Virus record (IMG/VR): IMGVR_UViG_3300033997_000478
Span: 260,429 to 324,428 of that record
DNA: 64,000 bases
Direction: 5' to 3' (one strand)
Position 1 is the stretch's first letter, and each line of letters begins with the position of its first letter. Of this stretch, positions 36,847-46,083 are shown piece after piece. Under the pieces are notes generated by a model. The model saw only the letters and a program-made list of their open reading frames with translations. It made no database searches and was not told the DNA's origin. The position numbers were made by a program, and so were the translations under genes.

Positions 36847-38490
36847 TTAGTGGACGATCGAGTCGTTCATCCACAGCACCAGCGTATCTTCGATACGACG
36901 CAGGTAGCTGTACAGTTCACCGAGGTACTCTTCCGGACGACCGGCGTCGGCGCCGCGGTAGGTCAGCTCTTCGAACTGCCATGCCACGAACTGGCCCGGT
37001 TCTTCATCGCGCTCTTGCAGACGGGCGAGGACACGACTGGCGTCGTCATCGTCCATGTCCGGAGCTTCCATGTAGGGCTCCTCCAGACTCACCCCATCGG
37101 CGAGCTCGTCCAGCTCCGAGCGCAGCTTGAGGATAACCTCCAGCTCTTCAGCATTGGCGATCGCCGGGAACTTGCCGCCCAAGCGGGCCGGATGGATCAC
37201 GCGGTACCAGGGCTTCTCTTGCCCATCCTTGAGGCAGAACACTGCATCACCGACCAGACCCAGCGGACCGTCCTTGAAGTAGACGTTGGGGGTGTTGATC
37301 GCCTTGAACAGCGGCAGCAGCTTCTGGTCGCACGCCTTGTAGAAGGCTTGCTCATCCTGGATGCGATCCACTTCTTGGATGGCACGCTTCAACTTGGCCA
37401 CGTGCTGCTTGCCGGCCAGGGTCAGGCTGTTCTTCAGCTTGTTGACCTTGGCGACGGTATCGGCCATCACCTTCTCACGCGTGGCCGGATTCTCCAAGCC
37501 AACCAGATACGCAGTGCCTTCCGGCGCCAGCTGGATCGGGCCGCTCTTGAACTTCAGATTGGCTCGCGACTCCTTGCTCATCTTCAGGATGGAGACCGTC
37601 TTGGTGGTCTGGTTGCTCGACGGCTTGGAACGGAAGATGTCGAACAGACCTTCCATCGATACGCGCTGACCCTTCAGGTAGTGACTCATCACCATCTGGT
37701 TGTCGGAGATCGAACGCAGGTATTGGTCCACGCGGCTGCGCAGCACGCCGTAGAACTCGATCTGTTCGGCCACGCCGATGACGACCTTGCTCAGCTGTTC
37801 GGTGGTGACCGAGGACAGCTTGTACTCTTCCGGCGCTTCACCGATGCGCTTGGCCAGCAGGCGCAGCGAATAGGTCAGTTCAGCCTGCTTCTTGCAGACC
37901 TTCTCGTAGTTGCCGTTGGCGTAGACGGTGTTGATCTTGCGCACGGTATCGGCAATGCCCTTCCAGTCGGACTGGCGAGCGATCACTTCGCCGTAGATCG
38001 GCACGCGGGTGTCGGCCTTGTCCGGGAAGAAACGATCCAGGCGCTTGTTGAGCGCATCGATCGGCATGTCGTGCAGACCCGGCACCTTCAGGGTGTTGGT
38101 CAGGGACTTCAGCGAGTTGGGGTCACCCAGGCGGCCGTTGACCCAGCTGTCCAGCGGGACCAGCACCTTGTCGTGCAGGGCGTCCATGTCTTCGGACGCA
38201 GCCAGCAGTGCGGTGCCGTAGTCGAGCAGGTTGCCCTTGAAGTTCTCCGGAGCGGAGATCTTGATGGCGCGCATTTCGCTGTAGTTCTTGCGCTGCAACT
38301 CGTTGGCGACCCAGTTCAGGTCCTTGGTTGCAAACGCATTGGAGAGGGGCTGGAACACATTGCGGTTGAGATATTCGGCGGCCGACTCCAGGAAAGTCGG
38401 GATGCGCTCAGCTGCCTTGTCGGCAGCCTCGAGTCCAGACGCCGCCTCCATGGAGATGGACATCGCATTTTCGCGCAGGTCGTGAAGCAT
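36847..38490 (-). CDS. Putative internal head protein with S-x-E protease sites
   Basis: 547 aa from ATG 38490 (GGAG RBS). ISME, VSME and VSLE motifs are typical of phiKZ-like head proteins processed by the prohead protease. Confidence 0.6.
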   Translation of the reverse strand: MLHDLRENAMSISMEAASGLEAADKAAERIPTFLESAAEYLNRNVFQPLSNAFATKDLNWVANELQRKNYSEMRAIKISAPENFKGNLLDYGTALLAASEDMDALHDKVLVPLDSWVNGRLGDPNSLKSLTNTLKVPGLHDMPIDALNKRLDRFFPDKADTRVPIYGEVIARQSDWKGIADTVRKINTVYANGNYEKVCKKQAELTYSLRLLAKRIGEAPEEYKLSSVTTEQLSKVVIGVAEQIEFYGVLRSRVDQYLRSISDNQMVMSHYLKGQRVSMEGLFDIFRSKPSSNQTTKTVSILKMSKESRANLKFKSGPIQLAPEGTAYLVGLENPATREKVMADTVAKVNKLKNSLTLAGKQHVAKLKRAIQEVDRIQDEQAFYKACDQKLLPLFKAINTPNVYFKDGPLGLVGDAVFCLKDGQEKPWYRVIHPARLGGKFPAIANAEELEVILKLRSELDELADGVSLEEPYMEAPDMDDDDASRVLARLQERDEEPGQFVAWQFEELTYRGADAGRPEEYLGELYSYLRRIEDTLVLWMNDSIVH

Positions 38491-38530
38491 AAAAGACTCC
38501 AAAGAAAGAATGGGGCGCTGACACTTTAGT

Positions 38531-38555
38531 CATAGACTAAGGTACAGCCTCTATG
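38531..38555. promoter_or_regulatory. Divergent candidate TATG promoters
   Basis: CATA at 38531 and TATG at 38552 in an AT-rich spacer. Confidence 0.35.
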
Positions 38556-38667
38556 TGTTTTTTACGTAAGGGTGGGATTGTTTGACTGAATGCCGCTAAG
38601 CGTTTAAATACATCTACCCGGCTGATAGTTTGACCCCAACCACCCGTCTTACAGGGACTACAAGAAA

Positions 38668-39627
38668 ATGTTCGAACCCACCAGTTTTGCCGACCGCCGC
38701 GCCAACCTCAACGAGACCATGATGCACCGCATGCTGGCCGTCCAGCTGCGTCTGGGCCAGAAGCTGCAGAACCCGGTGCTGCGCCGCGACGCACAGGGCA
38801 ACCCGCAGACCGAACTGCAGTGCCATCAGGAAGCCAACAGCCAGCTCCAGTACCACTTCCAGGACTACAGCCGCCGCATGCAGCAGCTGCGCGACCAGTA
38901 CGCCGCAGAAGTGCTCGGCCCGGTCGTCGAAGCCGAAGGCCAGACCCTGGTCAACGTGCCGATCATGCTGGACCTGATCAAGAACAACCTGGGCAAGGCG
39001 TGGTTCCTCGGCACCGAGAACGCCTCGCAGGCCGCTGACGGCACCGTCGGCACCGCCGGCTTCGGCATCAAGTACAAGGACTGGGTCGAGAGCCTGCCGG
39101 ACCTGGACGACTCGCTGACCGATGACATCCAGAGCGGCTTCTACAAGGACGGCCTGAGCGGCATTGGCATCCCGGTGGCATCGCTGGTCATCCGCCACGG
39201 CGATGAAGTGCTGTCCATCGTGTTCACCGGCCAGTTCGGCGCCTCCGTGGTCAACCTGGCCCACACCAAGCTGCGCCAGGGTGCACTGCGCAGTGAGCAG
39301 TACAGCTACCGCCAGAACGTCCCGCTGGACGTGTTCGTCGCTGAATTCGACAAGGCCCTGCGCGCTGCCGGCGTGGCCGATACCTACCGCTTCGTCACCG
39401 CCGAGCCGGCCGTGGAAGAAGCTCCGGCCGTGACCAACGGTTTCGTGGCTACCGAAGAAGCGCTGGCCGCTGCCGCTGAAGCCGCGCCGGCCACCGTGAC
39501 CACCACTGCCGGCGATGAACAGCCGGTCTACGTGGCCACCGAAGGCGGCCGTAGCGGCGATGCGCCGATCGTCCAGGTCGATGAAGCCGGTCACACCGTG
39601 GCTGCTGAAGAGCAGTCGCAGCAGTAA
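38668..39627 (+). CDS. Hypothetical protein with acidic Ala/Glu-rich C-terminus
   Basis: 319 aa with very strong codon bias. Preceded by an AT-rich intergenic region. Confidence 0.7.
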   Translation: MFEPTSFADRRANLNETMMHRMLAVQLRLGQKLQNPVLRRDAQGNPQTELQCHQEANSQLQYHFQDYSRRMQQLRDQYAAEVLGPVVEAEGQTLVNVPIMLDLIKNNLGKAWFLGTENASQAADGTVGTAGFGIKYKDWVESLPDLDDSLTDDIQSGFYKDGLSGIGIPVASLVIRHGDEVLSIVFTGQFGASVVNLAHTKLRQGALRSEQYSYRQNVPLDVFVAEFDKALRAAGVADTYRFVTAEPAVEEAPAVTNGFVATEEALAAAAEAAPATVTTTAGDEQPVYVATEGGRSGDAPIVQVDEAGHTVAAEEQSQQ

Positions 39628-39636
39628 TCACTCGTT

Positions 39637-39656
39637 CCCCCGCCTTCGGGCGGGGG
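39637..39656 (+). terminator. UUCG hairpin upstream of uvsX
   Basis: CCCCCGCC ttcg GGCGGGGG tctt. Confidence 0.55.
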
Positions 39657-39682
39657 TCTTCCCCAACTTCTTCGAGTGAGTC

Positions 39683-41170
39683 ATGAGTCTTAAGAACTTC
39701 TTCAAGAAGGCCCCCTCGCTGCGCCCGCAGTTGAACGTGGGCAGCCTGATCGATCAGCCCAACGGTCGCTACTACATCGGCGAACGTGGTGAATCGATCC
39801 TCAACGGTGGTCTGGCCTTCTTCACCGGCGTGGCCGGTAAGGGCAACACCTTCAAATCCACCATGATGCATTACTTCATGCTGGTCGTTCTCAACCGCTA
39901 TTCCAGCGCGGTTGCCAACGTGTACGACACCGAGATGTCGCTGACCAACGAGCGCCTGTACCAGCTGGCCCAGCACATGGACTACATCAACGGCGTCGAT
40001 CTGGAGAAGGAAGATCGTCTGCTGATCACCGACTCCACCGCCATGATGGGCGATGACTGGTTCGAGGCGCTCAAGGCCTTCGCTGACGAACGTCAGAAGA
40101 AGGAGAACGTCAAGCAGTTCGTGCGCACCACGCCATTCATCAACCGCGAGAATGGCAAGTTGTTCACGATGCTCTCGCCGGTGCTGGGTGAAATCGACTC
40201 GCTGTCGATGTTCGTCACCAAGACCACGGCCGATGTGTTCGACAAGGTCGAGATCGGCAACAGCGCCACCAACATGAGCGCCATGTCCGACGCCCGTGTC
40301 AAGTCGCAGATGCTCCAGCAGCTGCCGACCTTCACTGCGGCCAACAGCTTCTTCGTGATGGCTTCGGCCCACGTGGGCAAGCAGCACGTACTGGACAAAT
40401 ACGCCCCGCCGAACAAGCAGCTTCAGGGCCTGAAGGGCGACAACGCCTTCAAGAACGTGCCGGAGAAGTTCTCCTTCCTGACCAACAACCTGTTCTTCGT
40501 TCATTCGGCCGAAATCCTGATGACCGCCGACAAGTCCGGTTGTGAGTTCCCGAAGGACAAGGACGACAAGCTCAAGGGCGATACCGACCTTCAGCTGCTG
40601 ACCGTCCAGAACCTGCGTGCGAAGAACGGCCCCACCGGCATGCCCTTCCAGCTGATCGTCTCGCAGAGCGAAGGCGTGCTGATGAGCCTGTCTGAGTTCC
40701 ACCTGATCAAGTCGCTGGACCGCTACGGCCTGCAAGGCAACTTGCAGAACTATGCGCTGGTCCTGCTGCCCGACGTGGCCCTCTCGCGCACCACCGTGCG
40801 CGGTAAGCTCGACGCCAACCCGAAGCTGCGCCGTGCCATGGAGATCACCGCCGAGCTGGCGATGATGTACCACATCGGCTACCGCGACGAGAACACCGTC
40901 GAGAAGGCCTCGGACATGGACGAAGAGCTTGACCGCGATCTGGCCTGCACCGCCGAAGAACTGTACGCAGATCTGAAGGCGAAAGGTTATGACTGGGACG
41001 AACTCCTTGCCACGCGCGGTTACTGGGTGTTCAAGGAAGACGAGAAGGACCTTCCGCCCTTCCTGTCCACCATGGACCTGCTGCGCATGCGCGCCGGTCT
41101 GTACCATCCGTACTGGATGGAAAAGCCCAAGAAGGCGAAGGCTACCGAGAAGGTTGCTGAGGCCGCTTAA
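39683..41170 (+). CDS. uvsX: UvsX/RecA-like recombinase (phiKZ gp152-like)
   Basis: Walker A TGVAGKGNTFKST, YDTE, EIDSLS and NLRAKNGPTG. Confidence 0.88.
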   Translation: MSLKNFFKKAPSLRPQLNVGSLIDQPNGRYYIGERGESILNGGLAFFTGVAGKGNTFKSTMMHYFMLVVLNRYSSAVANVYDTEMSLTNERLYQLAQHMDYINGVDLEKEDRLLITDSTAMMGDDWFEALKAFADERQKKENVKQFVRTTPFINRENGKLFTMLSPVLGEIDSLSMFVTKTTADVFDKVEIGNSATNMSAMSDARVKSQMLQQLPTFTAANSFFVMASAHVGKQHVLDKYAPPNKQLQGLKGDNAFKNVPEKFSFLTNNLFFVHSAEILMTADKSGCEFPKDKDDKLKGDTDLQLLTVQNLRAKNGPTGMPFQLIVSQSEGVLMSLSEFHLIKSLDRYGLQGNLQNYALVLLPDVALSRTTVRGKLDANPKLRRAMEITAELAMMYHIGYRDENTVEKASDMDEELDRDLACTAEELYADLKAKGYDWDELLATRGYWVFKEDEKDLPPFLSTMDLLRMRAGLYHPYWMEKPKKAKATEKVAEAA

Positions 41171-41208
41171 TTAGGGTCATCGGGGTTTCCTGATGGCCGT
41201 CTGAATGC

Positions 41209-41228
41209 GCCCCACCTTCGGGTGGGGC
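41209..41228 (+). terminator. UUCG hairpin downstream of uvsX
   Basis: GCCCCACC ttcg GGTGGGGC; no U-tract. Confidence 0.5.
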
Positions 41229-41244
41229 AACGAGAGAACCCATC

Positions 41245-41637
41245 ATGAAATCCCTTAGCAAGAGCACCAACCCGGTGACTCTGGGCATCTACACTGCACT
41301 GGTAGGGCGCGATCTCAATTGCGCCAACCGGTTCATCAGTCTGTACGAAGAGCCCAAGAGTTCGGACATCCACGATCACATTGCCGCAGCCAATCGGTTC
41401 TGGCGTGATCAACTGGGTAGCTGCCCGTTCGATACGATGAAAGAGCGCCTGTGTCTGGTCGACAAGATCGAACTGCGCACTTGGCTGAACTACTTCGCCG
41501 TCGACGTGGTGCCCACCATCATCTCCGCCAGTCTGCCTTCCTCCGGTCACGAGCCGCGCACCTTCTTTGAGAAGGCTGCCAGCCCGCGCTGGGGTGTGGA
41601 AGTGTTCACTGGCGAAGACCGCGAGCATTCCCTGTAA
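41245..41637 (+). CDS. Hypothetical protein
   Basis: 130 aa with GAGAG RBS-like sequence, between two hairpins. Confidence 0.6.
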   Translation: MKSLSKSTNPVTLGIYTALVGRDLNCANRFISLYEEPKSSDIHDHIAAANRFWRDQLGSCPFDTMKERLCLVDKIELRTWLNYFAVDVVPTIISASLPSSGHEPRTFFEKAASPRWGVEVFTGEDREHSL

Positions 41638-41704
41638 GCACTCGGTCCTCCTCCTGACTCCGGTTGGGAGGAGGATCTTGTGTATCGCATTTTGGACAAA
41701 CGCC

Positions 41705-42382
41705 ATGAATGACCGCAAAGCAGCTACTGAAGAAATTCTAAAGTGGCTCAACGAAATGATTCCCGGCGGCAAGATCGTTGAAGATCAGCGCCGCCTGTTG
41801 GAAGCTCTTGATGATGAATCCTTCGAACAGATGATCGAAGGGTTTGAGAACGGAGAAGAAACCGTTCGCATCGCTGTGCCGAATCTGGGCGAAGACAAGC
41901 TGGAGATTCCCCGACTGCTGGCCGCCTGCGAAAAGATCGGTCTGGAACCGTTCCAGCATCTGTGGTTGACCGATGCCAAAAGTGGCGTGGTCTCCCGCAC
42001 CAACGAGAAGTACTTGGTCGTCCACTTGCCCCTGCGTCGTCAGCAGCAGGCGCTGGTGAAGAAGATCAGTATCCCTGACTCCAGCCGTCACATCGACGAA
42101 ATGACCGGCCAGGTGACTGGCGACTCCAAGGGCGCCTCGCTGTCGGCGCCGGAAATCCAGATTCTGCGTTCGCAGGAATTGGATGCCATGATCTTGGAGT
42201 TCATCAAGGTCCGCGGTGGTGACGAAAAGGCCCTGCGCGCTGCCAAGCGCCAGATCATCGAAACCGGTACGGCCAACTTGGCCAACCTGCTCGGCGCAGG
42301 CACCAACGTGAAGTCAACCACCACGTTGTCCATCCTGCTCACCGGCATGCACCTGCAGAACAATCTGCGTAACGGAACCTGA
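41705..42382 (+). CDS. rpoB: Virion RNA polymerase beta subunit, C-terminal fragment (phiKZ gp149-like)
   Basis: 225 aa from ATG 41705. RRQQQALVKKIS...IDEMTGQVTGDSKGASLSAPE...EFIKVRGGD aligns by eye with the beta C-terminal switch region (L.H...K...TQQP..GK...GEME...L..KSDD). Confidence 0.78.
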   Translation: MNDRKAATEEILKWLNEMIPGGKIVEDQRRLLEALDDESFEQMIEGFENGEETVRIAVPNLGEDKLEIPRLLAACEKIGLEPFQHLWLTDAKSGVVSRTNEKYLVVHLPLRRQQQALVKKISIPDSSRHIDEMTGQVTGDSKGASLSAPEIQILRSQELDAMILEFIKVRGGDEKALRAAKRQIIETGTANLANLLGAGTNVKSTTTLSILLTGMHLQNNLRNGT

Positions 42383-42383
42383 T

Positions 42384-42914
42384 ATGTCCGAAACCACCGT
42401 GTACAATCCGCTGGACGAACACCTGCAACAGGTCGACACGCTCTCTGAAGAGTTCGAAGTCCAGGCCATGCTGGCCAGCGCCGATCCCGATCAATTCAAG
42501 GCGTTCGTGCAGTTCTTCTACCACGACCTGCCGGCTTACCGGTTCAGCATGCTCAACGAGGACTTTGTCATCGATCGCATGTGGGACGCCATGCGCGGCC
42601 GACAAGTCGCCTTTGACGTCGTCCTGGATCTGACTTCCTTGCTGGCTGCAACGGCCGCGGTGCAGCGCGGTGGTTGGGAAGCAGTGGCGCGGTTTGTCGC
42701 CAAGGGCATGAGCATCCACGGCGATCAGCGCATGGTCAAGTTCATGGACGCTGAAGAACTGTCCGAGTTCTGCAGCGATTCGCAGGCACAGCAGATCGTC
42801 CAAGACAACCCCTGGCTCTGCACGCTGTTCTTGCTGCGCCTGACCCCAGCCTATCGTGCCGGCCTGCGCGCTCTGCTGGACCCGCCGAAGCCGAGCACCG
42901 GCCATGCCCAGTGA
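42384..42914 (+). CDS. Hypothetical protein
   Basis: 176 aa, 1 nt after the beta-fragment stop. Normal codon bias. Confidence 0.65.
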   Translation: MSETTVYNPLDEHLQQVDTLSEEFEVQAMLASADPDQFKAFVQFFYHDLPAYRFSMLNEDFVIDRMWDAMRGRQVAFDVVLDLTSLLAATAAVQRGGWEAVARFVAKGMSIHGDQRMVKFMDAEELSEFCSDSQAQQIVQDNPWLCTLFLLRLTPAYRAGLRALLDPPKPSTGHAQ

Positions 42915-43716
42915 GATCGTATCGATCGTCTATGTGGAGCTTGATGCTCTACTGGACACCCGGTTGCCCACCTTGGGTAAGATCTCACCGCTGGCTGCGG
43001 TACAGTGTTCACAGGACGCTCGCTACTACGGTCGGGTCTGTGATGATTTCGAAGAGATCTGCGGTGTCACCCACGAGGCGTTTAAGAGCGCCTATGCCAA
43101 GCGGGATGCCGAAACGCTGGAAGCTTCGATCATCACCGAGATCCCGTTCATCTTGAATGAACTGGTGAGCAAGCTTGAGCGCGACACCATCGATCAGCCT
43201 TTTGCCGACCGGGTGGAAGTGGAGGTCAACATCTGGCCTTACCGGCTGGAGGTGGAAACCTGCGAAGCCTTGGAACTGGCAGTGATGGCCCGTGCCGGAT
43301 ATATGTCCAAGGTGACTTGCGTCAATATCCCCTATCCGAAGTTGACTCCGCAAGTAGTGCATCATCGCTACTCGGGGATGATCATGTACAACTTCCGCGA
43401 TTGGATGGCTTTGCACATGGAAGCCTTCCGTCACTTTCGCATGCCCAAGGTTACGATCTTGGCCCCGGCGCTGTTCCATGACCCCAAGTTGATCCCCGGT
43501 GAGAATGCCTTCGTTGAAGACGGCATGCATGCTGAGGTCAGCCCGTTCCAGCTTTCGGAACTGGCCATGGTTGAGTGGTTCTCGCTGAGCCTGTTGCCGG
43601 CAGTGAACTTCTCAATGGCTGTTCTGCCAGAAGATCACGATACCTCCGATCCTCAGGCCACACCGTCCAACGTCCAGGTACCCGTGTTTGACGACATGGA
43701 ACCAAAAGAAATCTGA
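42904..43716 (+). CDS. Conserved phiKZ-like protein, possibly HAD-like fold
   Basis: 270 aa from ATG 42904. N-terminal YVELDALLDTRL loosely resembles HAD motif I. Confidence 0.55.
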   Translation: MPSEIVSIVYVELDALLDTRLPTLGKISPLAAVQCSQDARYYGRVCDDFEEICGVTHEAFKSAYAKRDAETLEASIITEIPFILNELVSKLERDTIDQPFADRVEVEVNIWPYRLEVETCEALELAVMARAGYMSKVTCVNIPYPKLTPQVVHHRYSGMIMYNFRDWMALHMEAFRHFRMPKVTILAPALFHDPKLIPGENAFVEDGMHAEVSPFQLSELAMVEWFSLSLLPAVNFSMAVLPEDHDTSDPQATPSNVQVPVFDDMEPKEI

Positions 43717-43719
43717 CGG

Positions 43720-43754
43720 CATAACGCCCCCTCCCGGATGGGAGGGGGCTTATG
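43720..43754. terminator. Bidirectional hairpin at convergent junction
   Basis: cataac GCCCCCTCCC ggat GGGAGGGGGC ttatg. Confidence 0.75.
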
Positions 43755-43755
43755 G

Positions 43756-44256
43756 TCATTCTTCAGCAGCGTCTTCTTCCAGACGCCCGGAGAGCACATC
43801 ATCGATGTTGATGTTGCTGATCTCCACGGCATCTTCGCCAGGCACCTTTTCCAGCTTAGGTAGGCCTGCCACGTCCTTGACATTCGGACGCGAACGCGTC
43901 TCGCCTTCGGAGACATCACCCGGTTCGCGACGGCGCTGATTCTTACCGCCCAGTTGGAGGGCGCGCAGAACAGCGGCAGCAGCCAGGGCTTCAGCGGCGT
44001 TGCTCGATTGCTTGGCGCCGATCTGCTGGCGCTTGAGGATCTGGCTTTCCAGGTCCTTCATGTTGGCAAGAACGATGCGCGCCTCTTCCGGGTCCGGGGG
44101 GAGAGCGCCGCCGTTCTTCTCGAAGTCGTACAGCACCTGCCGCATACGGATCTTTTGCATCTGATCCAGCAGCTCGTCCTTGTCCAGCAGGGCGATAGCT
44201 TCCAGCGGCGGCGTGCGCGGTACGTCGATGTTGCAAGGATCGTCTTTGACGGACAT
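43756..44256 (-). CDS. Hypothetical protein
   Basis: 166 aa from ATG 44256 (MSVKDD...), helical and charged. The longer ORF-track start overlaps the HNH gene. Confidence 0.6.
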   Translation of the reverse strand: MSVKDDPCNIDVPRTPPLEAIALLDKDELLDQMQKIRMRQVLYDFEKNGGALPPDPEEARIVLANMKDLESQILKRQQIGAKQSSNAAEALAAAAVLRALQLGGKNQRRREPGDVSEGETRSRPNVKDVAGLPKLEKVPGEDAVEISNINIDDVLSGRLEEDAAEE

Positions 44257-44296
44257 AACACACCATGTAAAAAATTCTTGATCACATAATATCAGA

Positions 44297-44905
44297 ATGA
44301 CAGCCTGTACAAAGCTTTTAACAATGAACAAGACCGCATCCCCCAATTACAGCCGTTGGGCAGAAATGCACCGACGCTGCACCAATCCAGCTCATCCCGC
44401 CTACGCACAATATGGTGGGCGTGGCATTCGCGTTTGTGCTCGCTGGGATGAGCTGGCCAACTTCGACGCCGACATGGGCTATCCTCCAACTCCCAATCAC
44501 AGCATCGAACGCATCGACGTCAACGGGCATTACGAGCCCGGTAACTGTACGTGGGCCACGCCAAGGGAGCAGGCACGAAACCGCACCAATAACGTCCTCC
44601 ATCAGTTCGAAGGTAAGCATTACTTTCTTCAAGATCTTGCGGAGGAAAAGGGCGTATCTTTCCGCACACTAGACGATCGAATTCGTCGACAAGGAATGAC
44701 GCTGGAGGAAGCTCTCAGCAAGCCGACCACACGCCAAGGTAGTTCGTTTGTGGAAGTGGACGGCGTGAAGATGTCCAAGGCGCAGGCGGCTCGCAAGTTC
44801 GGCATTAGTCCCACCCTTCTCAGTCAGCGACTGAATAAGGGCATGTCGGTCAAAGAGGCTCTCACCAAACCACGTGTGATCACTGGACGGCCGCGAAACA
44901 CTTGA
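44297..44905 (+). mobile_element. Free-standing HNH-type homing endonuclease
   Basis: MHRRC.NP...YGGRGIRVCARW...SIERIDVNGHYEPGNCTWATPREQARN, then two tandem HTH-like repeats (...GMTLEEALSKP / ...GMSVKEALTKP). More AT-rich than flanking genes. Confidence 0.85.
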
Positions 44906-44979
44906 TTATTTTTTACTGAGTCGCCCTACTTAGTGTGGTTCAAAAGTCATTACTTACATACGCCACAAGGAACAGAAGT

Positions 44980-45546
44980 ATGCGTCAAGGAATCAAAACA
45001 GCCGTGACGGGCTGGGTCCAAAGAATAGGGCAGCTTTTCAGGGGAGAACGCACCCCTTGGCAAGTTGCACGTGGACTGGTGACCCGGCAGCACGGCTCTG
45101 TGTACTCGCTACAGGGGCTCGAGATGGCATGTGAGTACCTTACTCGCAACAACCGTCCGCAGGCCCTTACAGCGCTTCCCATGAGCATTCGTAGGGAGCT
45201 GGTGGTGATCAGCTGCTTTGCGAATATCGACCTACACATCCAGTCGTTGGTGGCCGTTGTCAGGCACATCCAAGGGCGCGATGATATGCCTCCTGAATTA
45301 CCCACCGTCGCACCGAATATCCCAGTTACCTTGGATGGGTATCTGACCGACATTCACGACCATCGGGTTCAGTTGGCAACCGTTGTGGAGTACCTGACTC
45401 GCTGGTCCACAGCGTTGCGAGAAGAGATGCAGAAGTTCGAGGCCAACGAGCCTGAGCGCTTTGCGTATCTGGATCGCAAACTCCATCATCTCTACAGTGC
45501 CACCTTCAACGTGATGGAAGCGTTGATCGTTGCCTCGGAGCGATAA
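44980..45546 (+). CDS. Hypothetical protein
   Basis: 188 aa from ATG 44980 (AAGG RBS). Confidence 0.6.
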   Translation: MRQGIKTAVTGWVQRIGQLFRGERTPWQVARGLVTRQHGSVYSLQGLEMACEYLTRNNRPQALTALPMSIRRELVVISCFANIDLHIQSLVAVVRHIQGRDDMPPELPTVAPNIPVTLDGYLTDIHDHRVQLATVVEYLTRWSTALREEMQKFEANEPERFAYLDRKLHHLYSATFNVMEALIVASER

Positions 45547-45594
45547 TCACAACGCTGGGTTCCGCCACCTAGCGAACTATCGAAGAGGAAACCG

Positions 45595-46032
45595 ATGTCA
45601 TACAACAACAATGACGAAGACATTCTGTCAGATACCGACAAAGGCGTCAAAGAAGCGCGCGGTGTTTTGGCAGTGATCTTCCGTCAGTTCTTGAAGATCC
45701 GCGGCATTACCGGCTATGTGTGGGAGCGGTTGATGACCACTTGGCTGGATGATCCGGGTAACGGGGTGGAAGACAACTCCCGTGCTCGCTCAACGGCTCG
45801 TGGTAATCTCAACAGCGCCCTGCGTCGGCCGGACATGACGTGGCGTGTGTTCATGCGTGCACTGGAGTTTCTGCGTGCAGCGCGTGTGGACTTCATCGTC
45901 AAGGTGACGTGGTTTGACGGAAGTACTGATACCGTCACCGCGCGTCTGAAGGACCTCAGCGGACCGATGCGCCGAGAGTCTGACGATGATGAAGACAACC
46001 CTCCGGCCAACCGCAACCGGCCGATCAAGTAA
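45595..46032 (+). CDS. Conserved phiKZ-like hypothetical protein
   Basis: 145 aa with GAGG RBS. RGNL...DMTWRVF.RAL.FL motif. Confidence 0.65.
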   Translation: MSYNNNDEDILSDTDKGVKEARGVLAVIFRQFLKIRGITGYVWERLMTTWLDDPGNGVEDNSRARSTARGNLNSALRRPDMTWRVFMRALEFLRAARVDFIVKVTWFDGSTDTVTARLKDLSGPMRRESDDDEDNPPANRNRPIK

Positions 46033-46041
46033 ACCATTTTG

Positions 46042-46070
46042 ACGAGGGGTTACGGCCCCTCGTTTTTATG
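46042..46070 (+). terminator. Hairpin followed by TTTTATG
   Basis: ACGAGGGG ttacgg CCCCTCGT ttttatg. Confidence 0.6.
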
Positions 46071-46083
46071 CCAACCTACAGGA

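Noticed and set aside
44257-44979. HNH gene as part of a second intron
   Set aside because: The flanking genes are intact, one is on the opposite strand, and no group I core sequences were recognised.
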